DNA of 64,000 nt from Candidatus Flemingiibacterium sp. (lineage in GTDB: Bacteria; Bacillota; Clostridia; Oscillospirales; CAG-272): the NCBI GenBank assembly GCA_045635785.1, contig JAZTWJ010000052.1:541-64540 (forward strand). Direction: 5' to 3'. Of this stretch, positions 46,985 to 58,892 are shown piece by piece. The position numbers and the translations under genes were made by a program. Below the pieces are notes generated by a model that worked only from the letters and a program-made list of their open reading frames with translations, was not told where the DNA came from and made no database searches. Every line of letters starts with the position of its first letter. Within the stretch, counting starts at the first letter, position 1.

Positions 46985-47657
46985 TTTCCTGTAATCTTTT
47001 GATTGCCGCCTTCGTTTCAGACGGCGCGTATCCAAAGCGATACAACGACGCGTAAACGCTTTCGCGATACTTCGGATCGCAAATGCGCTCCATGTCGCAT
47101 TTTTTTGAAAGAAGCCGCATGAGATTTGCCGCAAAGTCGATGTTTTCAAGCAGTGCGGGCAATTCATCGCGAAGAATTTCCGTGGAAATTCCCTTTTTTC
47201 GCAGTTCATTTTTGATACGCGTGGGCCCGTACAGCTTGACATTGGCAAGCTGCTCCACGCTCCGCGCAAGAATGCGGCTTTCGTTGATGTAACCGAGCGA
47301 TGCGATGTATTCCGCCGCATCCTCCGAAAGATATTTTTCAAATCCGCGCTGACGGAGCTTCTCCGTCAATGCAATTTTGGTATTGTCGCCGTACCCAAGA
47401 AGCGAAATGCCTTTTTTGACCGCTTCCCACAGCTTTGCACTATATTCCAGCGTGTCAAACTGCTCCGCCGTCAGCAAATACGGCAAAGAATTTACACCGA
47501 TGTTGCCCACTTCAAAAAGCATCTTTGACGCCACAAGAAGCTTTCTGATATCCGCTCGGACAGATTCCGCGCGCTCCGATGCAATGCGCACCGTCAGCTC
47601 CGCTTCCTCGCCCATGCGCCGCGGCTCCAATTTGATGATCGCAATTTCAAGCGGCAC
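46971..47657 (-). CDS. recX: recombination regulator RecX
   Basis: Three-helix repeat pattern (L..KL..RGF.......A...L...GYIN..R.A......K.YGP.RI..EL..KGI) directly downstream of recA. The GTG start lies 2 nt after the recA stop. Confidence 0.85.
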   Translation of the reverse strand: MPLEIAIIKLEPRRMGEEAELTVRIASERAESVRADIRKLLVASKMLFEVGNIGVNSLPYLLTAEQFDTLEYSAKLWEAVKKGISLLGYGDNTKIALTEKLRQRGFEKYLSEDAAEYIASLGYINESRILARSVEQLANVKLYGPTRIKNELRKKGISTEILRDELPALLENIDFAANLMRLLSKKCDMERICDPKYRESVYASLYRFGYAPSETKAAIKRLQENEYE

Positions 47658-47659
47658 GA

Positions 47660-48781
47660 TTATTCGTCGTCCGTTTCGAGAATGCGGATGTCGAGATCCT
47701 CATCGTCATCCATATCGTCATCCTCATATTCGTTGCCCATCATCGCTTCCACATCGTCGCGCTGTGCCTTGATCTTTTCAGCCAGCTCTTCCATCAGCTC
47801 CGTGTTGGATTCAAAATACTTGCGCGTATTTTCCTTGCCCTGCGCGATGCGCTGATCGCCATAGGAGAACCATGAGCCGCTCTTGGTAATGAAGCCAAGC
47901 TCCATGGCAATATCTACGATCTCGCCGGATCTCGAAATACCCTTACCGTAGATGATGTCAAATTCCGCGACCTTGAAGGGCGGAGCCACCTTATTCTTGA
48001 CAATTTTACACTTGACGTGGTTGCCGTATACCTCCGAGCCGTCTTTGAGCTGTTCGGAGCGGCGAATTTCCATACGAACGGAGGCGTAGAACTTCAGCGC
48101 ACGTCCGCCTGGGGTGGTTTCGGGATTTCCGTAGGAAATACCGATCTTTTCACGAAGCTGGTTGATAAAGATAATGACACAGTTGGACTTTGCCACAGCA
48201 CCGGACAGCTTTTTGAGTGCCTGTGACATCAAACGTGCCTGCAAGCCCACATGAGAGGATGCCATATCGCCGTCGATCTCCTGCTGTGTAACAAGCGCCG
48301 CAACCGAATCGACAACCACAACGTCAATTGCACCCGAACGAATCCGCGCCTCTGCAATATCCAGCGCCTGTTCGCCGCTGGAGGGCTGCGAAACAAGCAG
48401 ACTGTCGATATCAACACCAAGCGCCTTTGCATAAACGGGGTCGAGGGCATTTTCCACGTCAATATATGCCGCCTCACCGCCAAGCTTTTGCGTTTCGGCA
48501 ACTACATGCAATGCCACCGTGGTTTTACCCGAAGATTCGGGGCCGTAGATCTCCACGATACGTCCGCGCGGAACGCCGCCGATTCCCAAAGCCATATCCA
48601 GCGTCAGCGAGCCTGTGGAAATGGCGCTGACCTCCAGCTCGGGAGCTTCGCCCATACGCATGATGGTTCCCTTGCCGTAATTTTTCTCTATCTGACCGAT
48701 GGCGCCCTCAATCGCCTTACGCTTTGCTTCTTTGTCTACGATCTGCGATGGAACGGGCTTATTCTGCTGTTTTGCTTTCAT
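47660..48781 (-). CDS. recA: recombinase RecA
   Basis: [16 protein letters not shown] Walker A, L1/L2 loops, [10 protein letters not shown], acidic C-terminal tail. Confidence 0.98.
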   Translation of the reverse strand: MKAKQQNKPVPSQIVDKEAKRKAIEGAIGQIEKNYGKGTIMRMGEAPELEVSAISTGSLTLDMALGIGGVPRGRIVEIYGPESSGKTTVALHVVAETQKLGGEAAYIDVENALDPVYAKALGVDIDSLLVSQPSSGEQALDIAEARIRSGAIDVVVVDSVAALVTQQEIDGDMASSHVGLQARLMSQALKKLSGAVAKSNCVIIFINQLREKIGISYGNPETTPGGRALKFYASVRMEIRRSEQLKDGSEVYGNHVKCKIVKNKVAPPFKVAEFDIIYGKGISRSGEIVDIAMELGFITKSGSWFSYGDQRIAQGKENTRKYFESNTELMEELAEKIKAQRDDVEAMMGNEYEDDDMDDDEDLDIRILETDDE

Positions 48782-48816
48782 TTGTCAATCTCCGTTTCTT
48801 TGTTCTCGGCAAAAAC

Positions 48817-48830
48817 CGAACATATTTTCT
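48817..48830 (-). promoter_or_regulatory. putative LexA (Cheo/SOS) box in the recA leader
   Basis: The plus strand reads CGAACATATTTTCT. Against the Firmicute consensus CGAAC-N4-GTTCG, the first half is perfect and the second half has 2 mismatches. It lies just downstream of the recA -10. Confidence 0.5.
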
Positions 48831-48840
48831 CTATGGTTCT

Positions 48841-48869
48841 ATTATACACCAAACAAACGAATTGTGCAA
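48841..48869 (-). promoter_or_regulatory. putative sigma-A promoter of recA
   Basis: On the minus strand: TTGCAC (48869-48864), 17-nt spacer, TATAAT (48846-48841). Confidence 0.6.
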
Positions 48870-48887
48870 TAGATTTTTACAATTTTT

Positions 48888-49430
48888 TCAAAAAATTGGG
48901 CTGTCAATCAACCACGCGCCGCCCACATTCCGAAGCGTTACCTCCAGATCGCCGTCTGCGTGCGGAAGCAGCACGATTGCCATATAGGGATTCTTTTTCA
49001 ACACCTTCGCCTTTGAAAGATCAAAGGTGCGCGGCTCTCCAAAATCCTCCGTGACTTTGGGATTCACAAACAGCACGCCGCCGCGCTCCGTAAATTTTGC
49101 CGAGATCATGCCCTCATCCGAGGATACGCCGCTGAACGCGGTGTTGGAAAGGATTTTCACATAGTCAGGGGAAAATACGGTTTCCATGGATGCACGCAAT
49201 TCGGAGATCGACTTCATGGGCGCAGATGCAGATACCTGACAGTATCCGTCGTCCAAAGCCTCGCCATGGGGAAGCGTATCGCCGTAAATAATCCCATACA
49301 AAGTATGCGCCTTCGGTGCCAGCTCCTCCAATGCAGAAAGGATCGTTTGATCCGATGCGCCGCCACCGCATGACATAAGAAGTGTCAGCGACAGAATCAA
49401 AAGAAATGCTGCTACAGCGAATTTTTTCAT
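48888..49430 (-). CDS. hypothetical lipoprotein
   Basis: Signal peptide with lipobox (LLMSC at residues 17-21: [24 protein letters not shown]). Its ATG overlaps the gyrA stop (TAATG). No recognisable family. Confidence 0.7.
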   Translation of the reverse strand: MKKFAVAAFLLILSLTLLMSCGGGASDQTILSALEELAPKAHTLYGIIYGDTLPHGEALDDGYCQVSASAPMKSISELRASMETVFSPDYVKILSNTAFSGVSSDEGMISAKFTERGGVLFVNPKVTEDFGEPRTFDLSKAKVLKKNPYMAIVLLPHADGDLEVTLRNVGGAWLIDSPIF

Positions 49431-51982
49431 TATTTTTCGTCCTCGCTTGAAGCCTCTGCTTCATTAGACTCAATGATCGGCGCTTCGTTGGCAGTACCGT
49501 TCTCCTCGGATCCTTGATCCTCCGCAGAAGCGTCGCCTTCTTCTTCGGTTGCAACCTTTGCCACGTTGATGATGGTCGCGCCCTCGGCAAGTCGCATAAC
49601 AATAACACCGCCTGCGGAACGGCTGTAGAACGGAATACCGCTTACAGGAGTACGGATAATGGTGCCCTCGCCTGTGATCAGCAGAATATCATCGGTCTCG
49701 CGAACGGCTACAATGCCCGCAAGTGCGCCCGTGCGCTCGTTGATGCCGTGGCACATAACGCCCTTGACACCGCGACTGTGGGACATGAAGTTATCGAAAT
49801 CACAGCGTTTGCCGAATCCGTTTTCGGTGATGGTAAGCAGGGATTTTTCCGCATCCACCAGAACGCATCCGACCACATAATCGTCGCCCGAAAGCTTGAT
49901 GCCTCGAACACCTCTTGCGGTGCGTCCCATGGAGCGCACATTCGCCTCGTCAAAGCGTGCGGACATGCCGTTATGGGTTGCGATGATGATGCTGTCATTG
50001 CCCATCGTGCGCTTGACAAATACAAGCTCGTCTCCGTCGTCCAGCGAGAGCGCGATCTTACCGCCCTTTCTCTGATACTCAAATTCGGAAAGAACCGTCT
50101 TTTTGACAATACCCTTCTTTGTGACCATGAGCAGATATTCGTTATCCGCAAATCCCGTGACGGAAATTGCCGCCGTTATCTTTTCGCCGGCTTCCAGCGC
50201 CAGAATGTTGACGATGTTGGAGCCTTTGGCTGTGCGTCCCGCCTCGGGGATCTGATATACCTTGCGGACATGAACCTTGCCCGTGTTGGTGAACATCATG
50301 ATCATCGAATGGCTGTGGACGACCATAACATCGCTGACCGAATCCTCTTCCTTGGTGGTCATGCCGATGATGCCCTTACCGCCGCGCTTTTGGGCGGTAT
50401 AGGTGTCCGCGGGCTGACGCTTGATATAGCCATCGTGTGTCAGCGTGATGACACAGTTGTGGCGCTCGATGAGATCTTCATAAACGATGTCATCTTCCGC
50501 AGCCACAAGCTCGGTGCGGCGCGGATCGGCGAATCTCGCCTTGATCTCTAACATTTCGTCCTTGATAATCTGCTTGATCTTGCCTTCGTCCGCAAGAATG
50601 GCTTCAAGTTCGCCAATCATTTCATACAGTTTTGCAAGACGTTCCTCGATCTTCTGGCGTTCCATGCCGGAAAGACGTCCAAGCGTCATTTCCACAATCG
50701 CCTGCGCCTGAATATCGGTCAGACCAAAGCGATTCATCAGCTGCACCTTTGCATCGCCAACAGATGCGCTGGCACGGATGATGCGGATGACCTCCTCGAT
50801 GTTGTCGATGGCGATTTTATAGCCTTCAAAAATATGTGCTTCGCGCTTTGCTTTTTCGAGATCGAAGGCAACGCGGCGCGTGATGACATCCTCTTGATGC
50901 TCGATATAATACTTGAGGATCTGCTTTAGATTCAAAACCTTCGGCACATTATCCACAAGTGCCAGCAGATTGATGGCGCAGGTATCCTGCAGCTGCGAAT
51001 ATTTGTACAGCTGATTGAGAATGATCTGTCCGTTTGCATCGCGGCGGTATTCGATAACAATACGCATACCGTCTCTGCCCGACTCGTCGCGAACGTCGGT
51101 GATACCCTCAATTCGCTTGTCGCGCACAAGGAAACCGATGGATTCCACAAGAAGGCTCTTGTTGACCTGATAGGGGATTTCCGTTACGATAATGCGGTGC
51201 TTATCCTCCTCGATCTGGCACTTGGAGCGCACCATGACTCTACCCTTACCCGTGGTATAGGCTTCATAAATGCCGTTGGAGCCGTAAAGCGTTGCGCCGG
51301 TGGGAAAATCGGGGCCCTTGATAAACTGCATCAGATCCTTGATGGAGCAATCGGGATTTTCCATCTGATAAATGGCGCCGTCAATGACCTCGCCCAGATT
51401 ATGGGGCGGAATATTGGTCGCCATACCGACGGCAATACCGATGGAACCGTTGACCAGCAGATTGGGGAAGCGGGACGGAAGAACCGTCGGCTCCTTGAGG
51501 CTGTTGTCAAAGTTCGGTGCAAAATCCACCACATTCTTGTCGATGTCGGACATCATTTCGTTGGCAAGTCTTGCCAGACGCGCTTCCGTATAACGGTAAG
51601 CCGCCGCAGGGTCGCCATCCACCGAACCGAAGTTACCCTGACCTTCAATCAACGTATAACGCAGGGAGAAGGGCTGGGCAAGGCGTACCATACTGTCATA
51701 AACAGCGGAGTCGCCGTGGGGATGGTACCGACCGAGCACATTACCGACGGTGGTAGCAGACTTGCGGAATTCCTTGTCATAGGTCAACTTATCCTCATAC
51801 ATTGCATAGAGAATGCGGCGGTGGACCGGCTTCAATCCATCGCGAACATCCGGCAATGCACGGGACATGATAACGCTCATGGAATAGGCAATGAACGAAT
51901 TTTTGACCTCTTGGTCCATTTCAATGCCAACAATTTTCTGATTGGGAAATTCCAGATTTTCTTGTTTTTCTTTGTTATCCAT
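49430..51982 (-). CDS. gyrA: DNA gyrase subunit A
   Basis: 850 aa. AMYEDKL, QRDR region [10 protein letters not shown], active-site [11 protein letters not shown]-terminal beta-pinwheel and acidic tail. Confidence 0.98.
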   Translation of the reverse strand: MDNKEKQENLEFPNQKIVGIEMDQEVKNSFIAYSMSVIMSRALPDVRDGLKPVHRRILYAMYEDKLTYDKEFRKSATTVGNVLGRYHPHGDSAVYDSMVRLAQPFSLRYTLIEGQGNFGSVDGDPAAAYRYTEARLARLANEMMSDIDKNVVDFAPNFDNSLKEPTVLPSRFPNLLVNGSIGIAVGMATNIPPHNLGEVIDGAIYQMENPDCSIKDLMQFIKGPDFPTGATLYGSNGIYEAYTTGKGRVMVRSKCQIEEDKHRIIVTEIPYQVNKSLLVESIGFLVRDKRIEGITDVRDESGRDGMRIVIEYRRDANGQIILNQLYKYSQLQDTCAINLLALVDNVPKVLNLKQILKYYIEHQEDVITRRVAFDLEKAKREAHIFEGYKIAIDNIEEVIRIIRASASVGDAKVQLMNRFGLTDIQAQAIVEMTLGRLSGMERQKIEERLAKLYEMIGELEAILADEGKIKQIIKDEMLEIKARFADPRRTELVAAEDDIVYEDLIERHNCVITLTHDGYIKRQPADTYTAQKRGGKGIIGMTTKEEDSVSDVMVVHSHSMIMMFTNTGKVHVRKVYQIPEAGRTAKGSNIVNILALEAGEKITAAISVTGFADNEYLLMVTKKGIVKKTVLSEFEYQRKGGKIALSLDDGDELVFVKRTMGNDSIIIATHNGMSARFDEANVRSMGRTARGVRGIKLSGDDYVVGCVLVDAEKSLLTITENGFGKRCDFDNFMSHSRGVKGVMCHGINERTGALAGIVAVRETDDILLITGEGTIIRTPVSGIPFYSRSAGGVIVMRLAEGATIINVAKVATEEEGDASAEDQGSEENGTANEAPIIESNEAEASSEDEK

Positions 51983-52015
51983 TATGTTCCTCGTTTATTT
52001 TCGGTGAAATAACCC

Positions 52016-52222
52016 TGTGGATATTCTCACCCATTCTCATGTGGAATCGCCATGATCCCATAGGTTTCCAACATATGCCCGTCATGCTGTCAAACTGTTT
52101 TTTTCAAAGCGATCAGTTCTGATTTTTCCTGCTATATTCAGGCATTTCAGTTATTTTAGATTTTTATTTTCAAACGATTGTTTTGCGAGTTTTCCACAGG
52201 CTTATGCACAAACTGTGGATTT
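52016..52222. promoter_or_regulatory. cluster of five DnaA-box-like 9-mers in the gyrB-gyrA spacer
   Basis: TGTGGATAT 52016-52024 (8/9 vs TGTGGATAA), TGTGGAATC 52040-52048 (6/9), TTTTCCACA 52190-52198 (8/9 vs TTATCCACA), TTATGCACA 52202-52210 (8/9), TGTGGATTT 52214-52222 (7/9). Confidence 0.6.
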
Positions 52223-52258
52223 TTTGTACACGTTTATATTTTTGTAGAAAATTTTTGA

Positions 52259-54241
<1,983 letters not shown>

Positions 54242-54242
54242 T

Positions 54243-54270
54243 TAAAAACCCCGCGGCATCATTTGCCGCG
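54243..54270 (-). terminator. terminator-like hairpin between remB and gyrB
   Basis: Stem CGCGGCA/TGCCGCG at 54252-54270. On the minus strand it is followed by GGGGTTTTTAAGG and ends 5 nt before the gyrB ATG. Confidence 0.5.
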
Positions 54271-54295
54271 TCCTTTCAAATTTTGCCTGTAATAT

Positions 54296-54559
54296 TCAAA
54301 CTCCAAACCCTGCATGAATCCTTCCAATCAGCGCAGAGGAGGATATTTGGGATACATATACGATGGTTTTTCCTTTTTCCTTGCATGTAACGATAAAGGA
54401 TTTTGGAATTTCCTCTTTGATGTTCACCATGCGATCTTCCTTTTCGGCGGCGCGCAGATACTCTCTAGTGGCAGGCGCCATTGTGGCAGTATCCATATCA
54501 AAGATACCGAGAATATCCCGTTTTCGAATGATCCTGTTGTTTCCCGCATGCACATACAT
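54296..54559 (-). CDS. remB: DUF370 protein (RemB/YaaB-like)
   Basis: 87 aa with family-typical motifs (IRKRDILGIFDMD, IPKSFIV). It occupies the conserved recF-(yaaB)-gyrB position. Confidence 0.85.
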   Translation of the reverse strand: MYVHAGNNRIIRKRDILGIFDMDTATMAPATREYLRAAEKEDRMVNIKEEIPKSFIVTCKEKGKTIVYVSQISSSALIGRIHAGFGV

Positions 54560-54573
54560 GGAAAAAAGCTCCT

Positions 54574-55698
54574 TTATTTTCTTGGCGTATAGACACCGTT
54601 TTCTACATGAATAAACGTGGCATCGGATTCCACAGGAGGCGGTGTACAGGTGGTCATAATCACCTGTCGGTCCGTCAGCCTCGACAACAAAAACTTTTGT
54701 CTGCGCGGATCCAGCTCCGATAACACATCATCAAACAGGAATACCGGATATTCTCCCGAATATTCCATGGAAATTTCTCCTTCACCTAACTTCATTGCCA
54801 AAGCCAGCGATCGCTGTTGCCCCTGTGAAGCGAATACACGCGCCTCTCTGCCCTCTAAAAAGATTTCGATGTCATCCTTATGGGAACCGTACAACGTGGC
54901 TCCTGCGGCGATCTCGCGCTCTGTATTCGATGTCAGAAGGGTTCGATATTGCTCAAAAGCTTCCATCTCGGTCAAGCGGTCGTCAATCTTCAGCGAATTT
55001 TTATATTTTAGGGAAGGCTTTTCAAGACAGCCTTCGTCTCCACTTTGGGAAAGCTCTTCAAAAAAGCGATGGACAAAATCATCAAGCCGACTCACATATT
55101 CGCATCTTGTTAGACGGATGAGCGCCGCTTCTTTAGCAAGCTGTTCCGATAGAATTTCAAGCAAAGCCGCTTCACCGGAATGATCCGCAAGCTGTTTAAG
55201 AAGAGCATTTCGCTCGAGCAGGATCTTATGATATCGCTGAAGTGATCGCAAATACAGCGGACGAAGCTGACAGAGAGCGATATCCATAAAAGCTCGTCTC
55301 TCCGCCGGTCCTGCCTTTACGATCGCAAGATGCTCGGGACAAAACAGAACTGCACGGAATACGCCGAGAAGCTCGGATATCCTTGTCAGCGGAACACCGT
55401 TTTTTGTGCAGCTGCGGCGCTTGCTTGATTCGGCATACGCTTTGAAGGTCAACTGCTGCTCTCTGCGATGATCAAGCATCGACAACCCCACTTCAAAAAA
55501 GGGATCACCAAATCTCACCATATCCCGTTCCCTTGACGTGCGGAAGCTCTTACCGCTCGCCATGAGATAAATGCCCTCCAGAGCATTGGTTTTTCCCTCG
55601 GCATTGTTGCCGATCAATACATTGACACCGGGGGATAGGCGAATTTCTGCCTCGACGATGTTGCGGAAGCTTTTGTAAGTGACGCTTTCGGCGATCAT
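54574..55698 (-). CDS. recF: DNA replication/repair protein RecF
   Basis: FRN......L..GVNVLIGNNAEGKTN Walker A, SQGQQRSLALA signature, LFDDVLSELD Walker B. Confidence 0.95.
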   Translation of the reverse strand: MIAESVTYKSFRNIVEAEIRLSPGVNVLIGNNAEGKTNALEGIYLMASGKSFRTSRERDMVRFGDPFFEVGLSMLDHRREQQLTFKAYAESSKRRSCTKNGVPLTRISELLGVFRAVLFCPEHLAIVKAGPAERRAFMDIALCQLRPLYLRSLQRYHKILLERNALLKQLADHSGEAALLEILSEQLAKEAALIRLTRCEYVSRLDDFVHRFFEELSQSGDEGCLEKPSLKYKNSLKIDDRLTEMEAFEQYRTLLTSNTEREIAAGATLYGSHKDDIEIFLEGREARVFASQGQQRSLALAMKLGEGEISMEYSGEYPVFLFDDVLSELDPRRQKFLLSRLTDRQVIMTTCTPPPVESDATFIHVENGVYTPRK

Positions 55699-56828
55699 TT
55701 CATCTTGCAGGGCAGAACGAGGAAGATAAATTTGTCATCATCACTTGCATCAATGGGCTCGATCACCATGCTGATGAAGGGGCTGGAAAGCGATAACCGC
55801 AGTTTGTCGCTCATGGATGCCTTCAGTGCATCGGTGAGATAGCGGCAATTGAAGCCGATCTCAATTTCGCCGCCTTCATGGGAGGTGGTGATCTCATCAT
55901 GAACCTTACCATTGACCGAAACAGAGGTGATGTTGAGCTTGTTATCAGCAAAATGACAGCGCGCAAGGGATTTATTCTTTCCTGCGGAATCGTCTGTCAC
56001 CAGCGAAGCGCGCTCAATGGCGCCCGCAAACAGATCGGTGTCGATCTCTACAAAAATCGTGCTGTTTTTGGGAATAATGCGCTCGTAATCAATGTATTCG
56101 CCCTCGATCAGACGAGAGAAAAATACGATATTTTTCTTTTCAAAGCGGAAGATCACCTGCTTGCGGCTCACGTTGATGGAAACATCCTCATCCGCATCAG
56201 TGAGCAGCTTAACGACTTCGCTGAGTGTTCTTCCCGGAACAACAAAGGATGTATCGAGATCATCCGCATTGTTAAGATCGCAGGTCTTTTCACGAATCGC
56301 AAGACGGAAGCTGTCGCATCCGACGGAAGTGATATGATTGCCCTTCAAACGGAAATACGCACCGTTAAAGGTGGGACGCGCATCGTTTTGCGCCACCGCA
56401 AAGAGGACTTGATTGATGATGCTCTTTAAGTCGCCCTGCTTGATGGTAAAGCCGTTGACATTCGAAATATCGGGAAGGGTGGGAAATTCCTTGGCATCTA
56501 TGCCGTTCAGCTCAAATTCAGAGCTGCCACTGGAAATTTTGACACGGTAATACGCATCGGTTTCAAGTTCAATGACGCCTGCCGGCATCAATTTAATAAT
56601 GGAATAAAGACTTTGTGCATTGATGATGCAGGAGCCGGGTTCAACGATCTCCGCTTCCACCTCAATACGCATACCTTTTTCTAAATCATAGGAGATCAGA
56701 ACAGCCTTTTCGCCTTCACAGTTGATCAAAATGCCTTCCACGGAAGTGATGGTATTTTTTGAAGAAACGCTGTACATGGCAGTACCGACAGCGTCAAGAA
56801 GCAGCGGACGGGTAAATCTGATTTTCAT
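55695..56828 (-). CDS. dnaN: DNA polymerase III beta sliding clamp
   Basis: 377 aa, three-domain clamp. MKIRFTRPLLLDAV N-terminus. The stop overlaps the recF start. Confidence 0.96.
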   Translation of the reverse strand: MKIRFTRPLLLDAVGTAMYSVSSKNTITSVEGILINCEGEKAVLISYDLEKGMRIEVEAEIVEPGSCIINAQSLYSIIKLMPAGVIELETDAYYRVKISSGSSEFELNGIDAKEFPTLPDISNVNGFTIKQGDLKSIINQVLFAVAQNDARPTFNGAYFRLKGNHITSVGCDSFRLAIREKTCDLNNADDLDTSFVVPGRTLSEVVKLLTDADEDVSINVSRKQVIFRFEKKNIVFFSRLIEGEYIDYERIIPKNSTIFVEIDTDLFAGAIERASLVTDDSAGKNKSLARCHFADNKLNITSVSVNGKVHDEITTSHEGGEIEIGFNCRYLTDALKASMSDKLRLSLSSPFISMVIEPIDASDDDKFIFLVLPCKMK

Positions 56829-56872
56829 AATGGTTTCCCAACGAGCGTGAAGAGATATTTCACGTCGAATCC

Positions 56873-57304
56873 TTTATACTAAAATTAAAAAATAAAAAGA
56901 AAATAATAATTATTTTAGTAGCAGCAGTAGTAGGCATTGTTGCTACTGTGGAAAGAGAGGGTTTATCAAATCCTGTCTGACAAAATCCATAATAAAATTT
57001 TTAATTTTGCTGTGGGGATCGCGTTATAAAATTGTGGATGATTTTAACAGTCCGGTCGATGAAAAACAGGCTGTTGACGAATGTGGAAATTTTTCTGTTG
57101 GAATGTGGATATTTCTGTGAATAAAAGAAAGGGAAAACAAATCAAAGAAAAAATTGTGGAAAAACGATTTGTTGACAACATGCAAAGCGTTGGAATAAAA
57201 AGCCACATTGTTTTCTATTTTTTGACAGGGTGTTTCTTTTTTATCCACATGCAAAAAGAACGGTCATAGGGACTGTTTTTCGGATTGCGCACAACTTTTC
57301 CACA
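56873..57304. other. oriC: chromosomal replication origin (oriC) in the dnaA-dnaN spacer
   Basis: 43-nt AT-rich element at 56873-56915 with 2 G/C. TAGTAGCAGCAGTAGTAG (six NAG trinucleotides, DnaA-trio-like) at 56916-56933. Eight DnaA boxes: TGTGGAAAG 56947, TGTGGGGAT 57011, TGTGGATGA 57033, TGTGGAAAT 57082, TGTGGATAT 57104, TGTGGAAAA 57155, TTATCCACA 57241 (perfect), TTTTCCACA 57296. Confidence 0.8.
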
Positions 57305-57367
57305 AAATTAACAACAAGTTGTTGAAAAGTCGTTTATAACTTCAATATTGATGTTGAAAGCTCGGTA

Positions 57368-58792
57368 TCAGCCTCTGATCTCCTTCATCAGCTCATTCAC
57401 ATCCGCATCCGTTTGGGTGTTGGCACCCAGCTCCTTCTCCGCGGTTTTCAGAGAGGAAATGATGGTGGAATGGTCGCGCTTGAGAAGCTTGCCGATTTGC
57501 GGCAGGGACATATCCGTTATCTTACGGAGCAGATAAATGGCGATATGTCGTGCGTAAGCAATTTCCTTTGTACGCTTGGAGCCCTTGAGATCCTCCACGG
57601 AAACGGAATATTTTTTTGCCACGGCTTCAAGGATACGGTCGATGGTAATGGATACGGGCTGATCGCCTGTCATCAAATCGGAAACGGAGCTCTTTGCAAG
57701 CTCAATGGTGATGGGCGCGCCGGTCAGAAGACTGAGTGCGCCTAATTTTTTGATGGCGCCCTCCATCTGACGGATGTTGCTCTTGAGATTTTCGCCCAGA
57801 TAATTGATGACCTCATTGGAAAGCTCAATATTCATGGAAATCGCCTTCTTTTTGAGAATAGCGGCGCGAAGATCCGCATCCGGCGGTTGAATATCGGCGG
57901 TGATTCCCCATTCAAAGCGGGTTTTCAGTCTCTCCTCCAGCGTTTTGATGTCGCGGGGCGGACGGTCGGAGGTGAGGATGATCTGCTTGTGATCCTCATA
58001 CAGCGCGTTGAAGGTATGGAAAAATTCCTCCTGAGTCGCATCGCGTCCGGCAATGAACTGCACGTCGTCGATGAGAAGCACATCCGCGGTGCGATATTTT
58101 TCGCGGAACTGCTCGGGCACCTTCTTTGCGATGCTGTCCACCATTTGATTGGTGAATTCCTCGCCCTTGACGTAGATGATCTTCAGCTCCGGTCTGGTTT
58201 CGCGAATGCGATTGATGATGGCATACAAAAGGTGGGTTTTGCCAAGTCCGCTGGAGCCGTAGATAAACAGCGGATTATAAGTATAATTTTCGGGATTTGC
58301 TTGGCAGGTGGGCTCGTTGGCGACCGCCACGGAAGCGGCATGTGCAAATTTGTTGGAGCTGCCGACGATGAAGTTGTCGAAGGTATATTCGTTCTGATGA
58401 ATCTGCGGCTGACCGGCTTTTTGAGAATCGCTGTCATTGCCGTCAACCGAAGCGGGAGCACCGAACTGCGGCAGATCGGCAAGATTGACCGCCTCGGGCA
58501 CGTCGCCGATGTTTTGCACATATTTTGCATATTCCAGCGGATCGCTGGTTTTGTCCACAATGATAACATTAACGGTGAATCCGACCACCTTGGTAAATGC
58601 ATCGGTGATGGAATCAATATATTTGCTTTTGAGAATGGTATACTTAAAGGGCATATCGCAAACGATCACTGCCATGGTATCGGTAAATTCGGTCAGAGTC
58701 AGGCTGGCAAACCAAAGATCCGACACAAGCTTGCCGTATTTTTCCGTCAGCTCGCTCAAAACCCGATCCCATATTTCATTGAAGGGCTGCAT
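57368..58792 (-). CDS. dnaA: chromosomal replication initiator protein DnaA
   Basis: 474 aa. Domain I, AAA+ GSSGLGKTHLL, LLIDDVQF, domain IV HTH (KEIAYARHIAIYLLR..T..SLPQIGKLL.RDHSTI). Confidence 0.98.
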   Translation of the reverse strand: MQPFNEIWDRVLSELTEKYGKLVSDLWFASLTLTEFTDTMAVIVCDMPFKYTILKSKYIDSITDAFTKVVGFTVNVIIVDKTSDPLEYAKYVQNIGDVPEAVNLADLPQFGAPASVDGNDSDSQKAGQPQIHQNEYTFDNFIVGSSNKFAHAASVAVANEPTCQANPENYTYNPLFIYGSSGLGKTHLLYAIINRIRETRPELKIIYVKGEEFTNQMVDSIAKKVPEQFREKYRTADVLLIDDVQFIAGRDATQEEFFHTFNALYEDHKQIILTSDRPPRDIKTLEERLKTRFEWGITADIQPPDADLRAAILKKKAISMNIELSNEVINYLGENLKSNIRQMEGAIKKLGALSLLTGAPITIELAKSSVSDLMTGDQPVSITIDRILEAVAKKYSVSVEDLKGSKRTKEIAYARHIAIYLLRKITDMSLPQIGKLLKRDHSTIISSLKTAEKELGANTQTDADVNELMKEIRG

Positions 58793-58863
58793 TTGAGAAT
58801 TCCTTTCTGTTATAACATACGGTTTTTGCGAAAAAACTACATATAATATATATAGTTATATTT

Positions 58864-58892
58864 ATTATATCATAGAATGATTAAAATTTCAA
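58864..58892 (-). promoter_or_regulatory. putative sigma-A promoter of dnaA (extended -10)
   Basis: On the minus strand: TTGAAA (58892-58887), 17-nt spacer, TATAAT (58869-58864) preceded by TGa (TGATATAAT). Confidence 0.6.

Noticed and set aside
46985-47341. Upstream extension of the rimO ORF (tracked start 47341)
   Set aside because: It overlaps the recX coding region in another frame. RimO homology (MSNKIKVGFVSLGCPKN) starts at 46978-46984, where an AGGA SD is present.
56857-56872. TATTTCACGTCGAATC near the dnaN start, superficially parS-like
   Set aside because: It has five mismatches to the parS consensus and is not palindromic.
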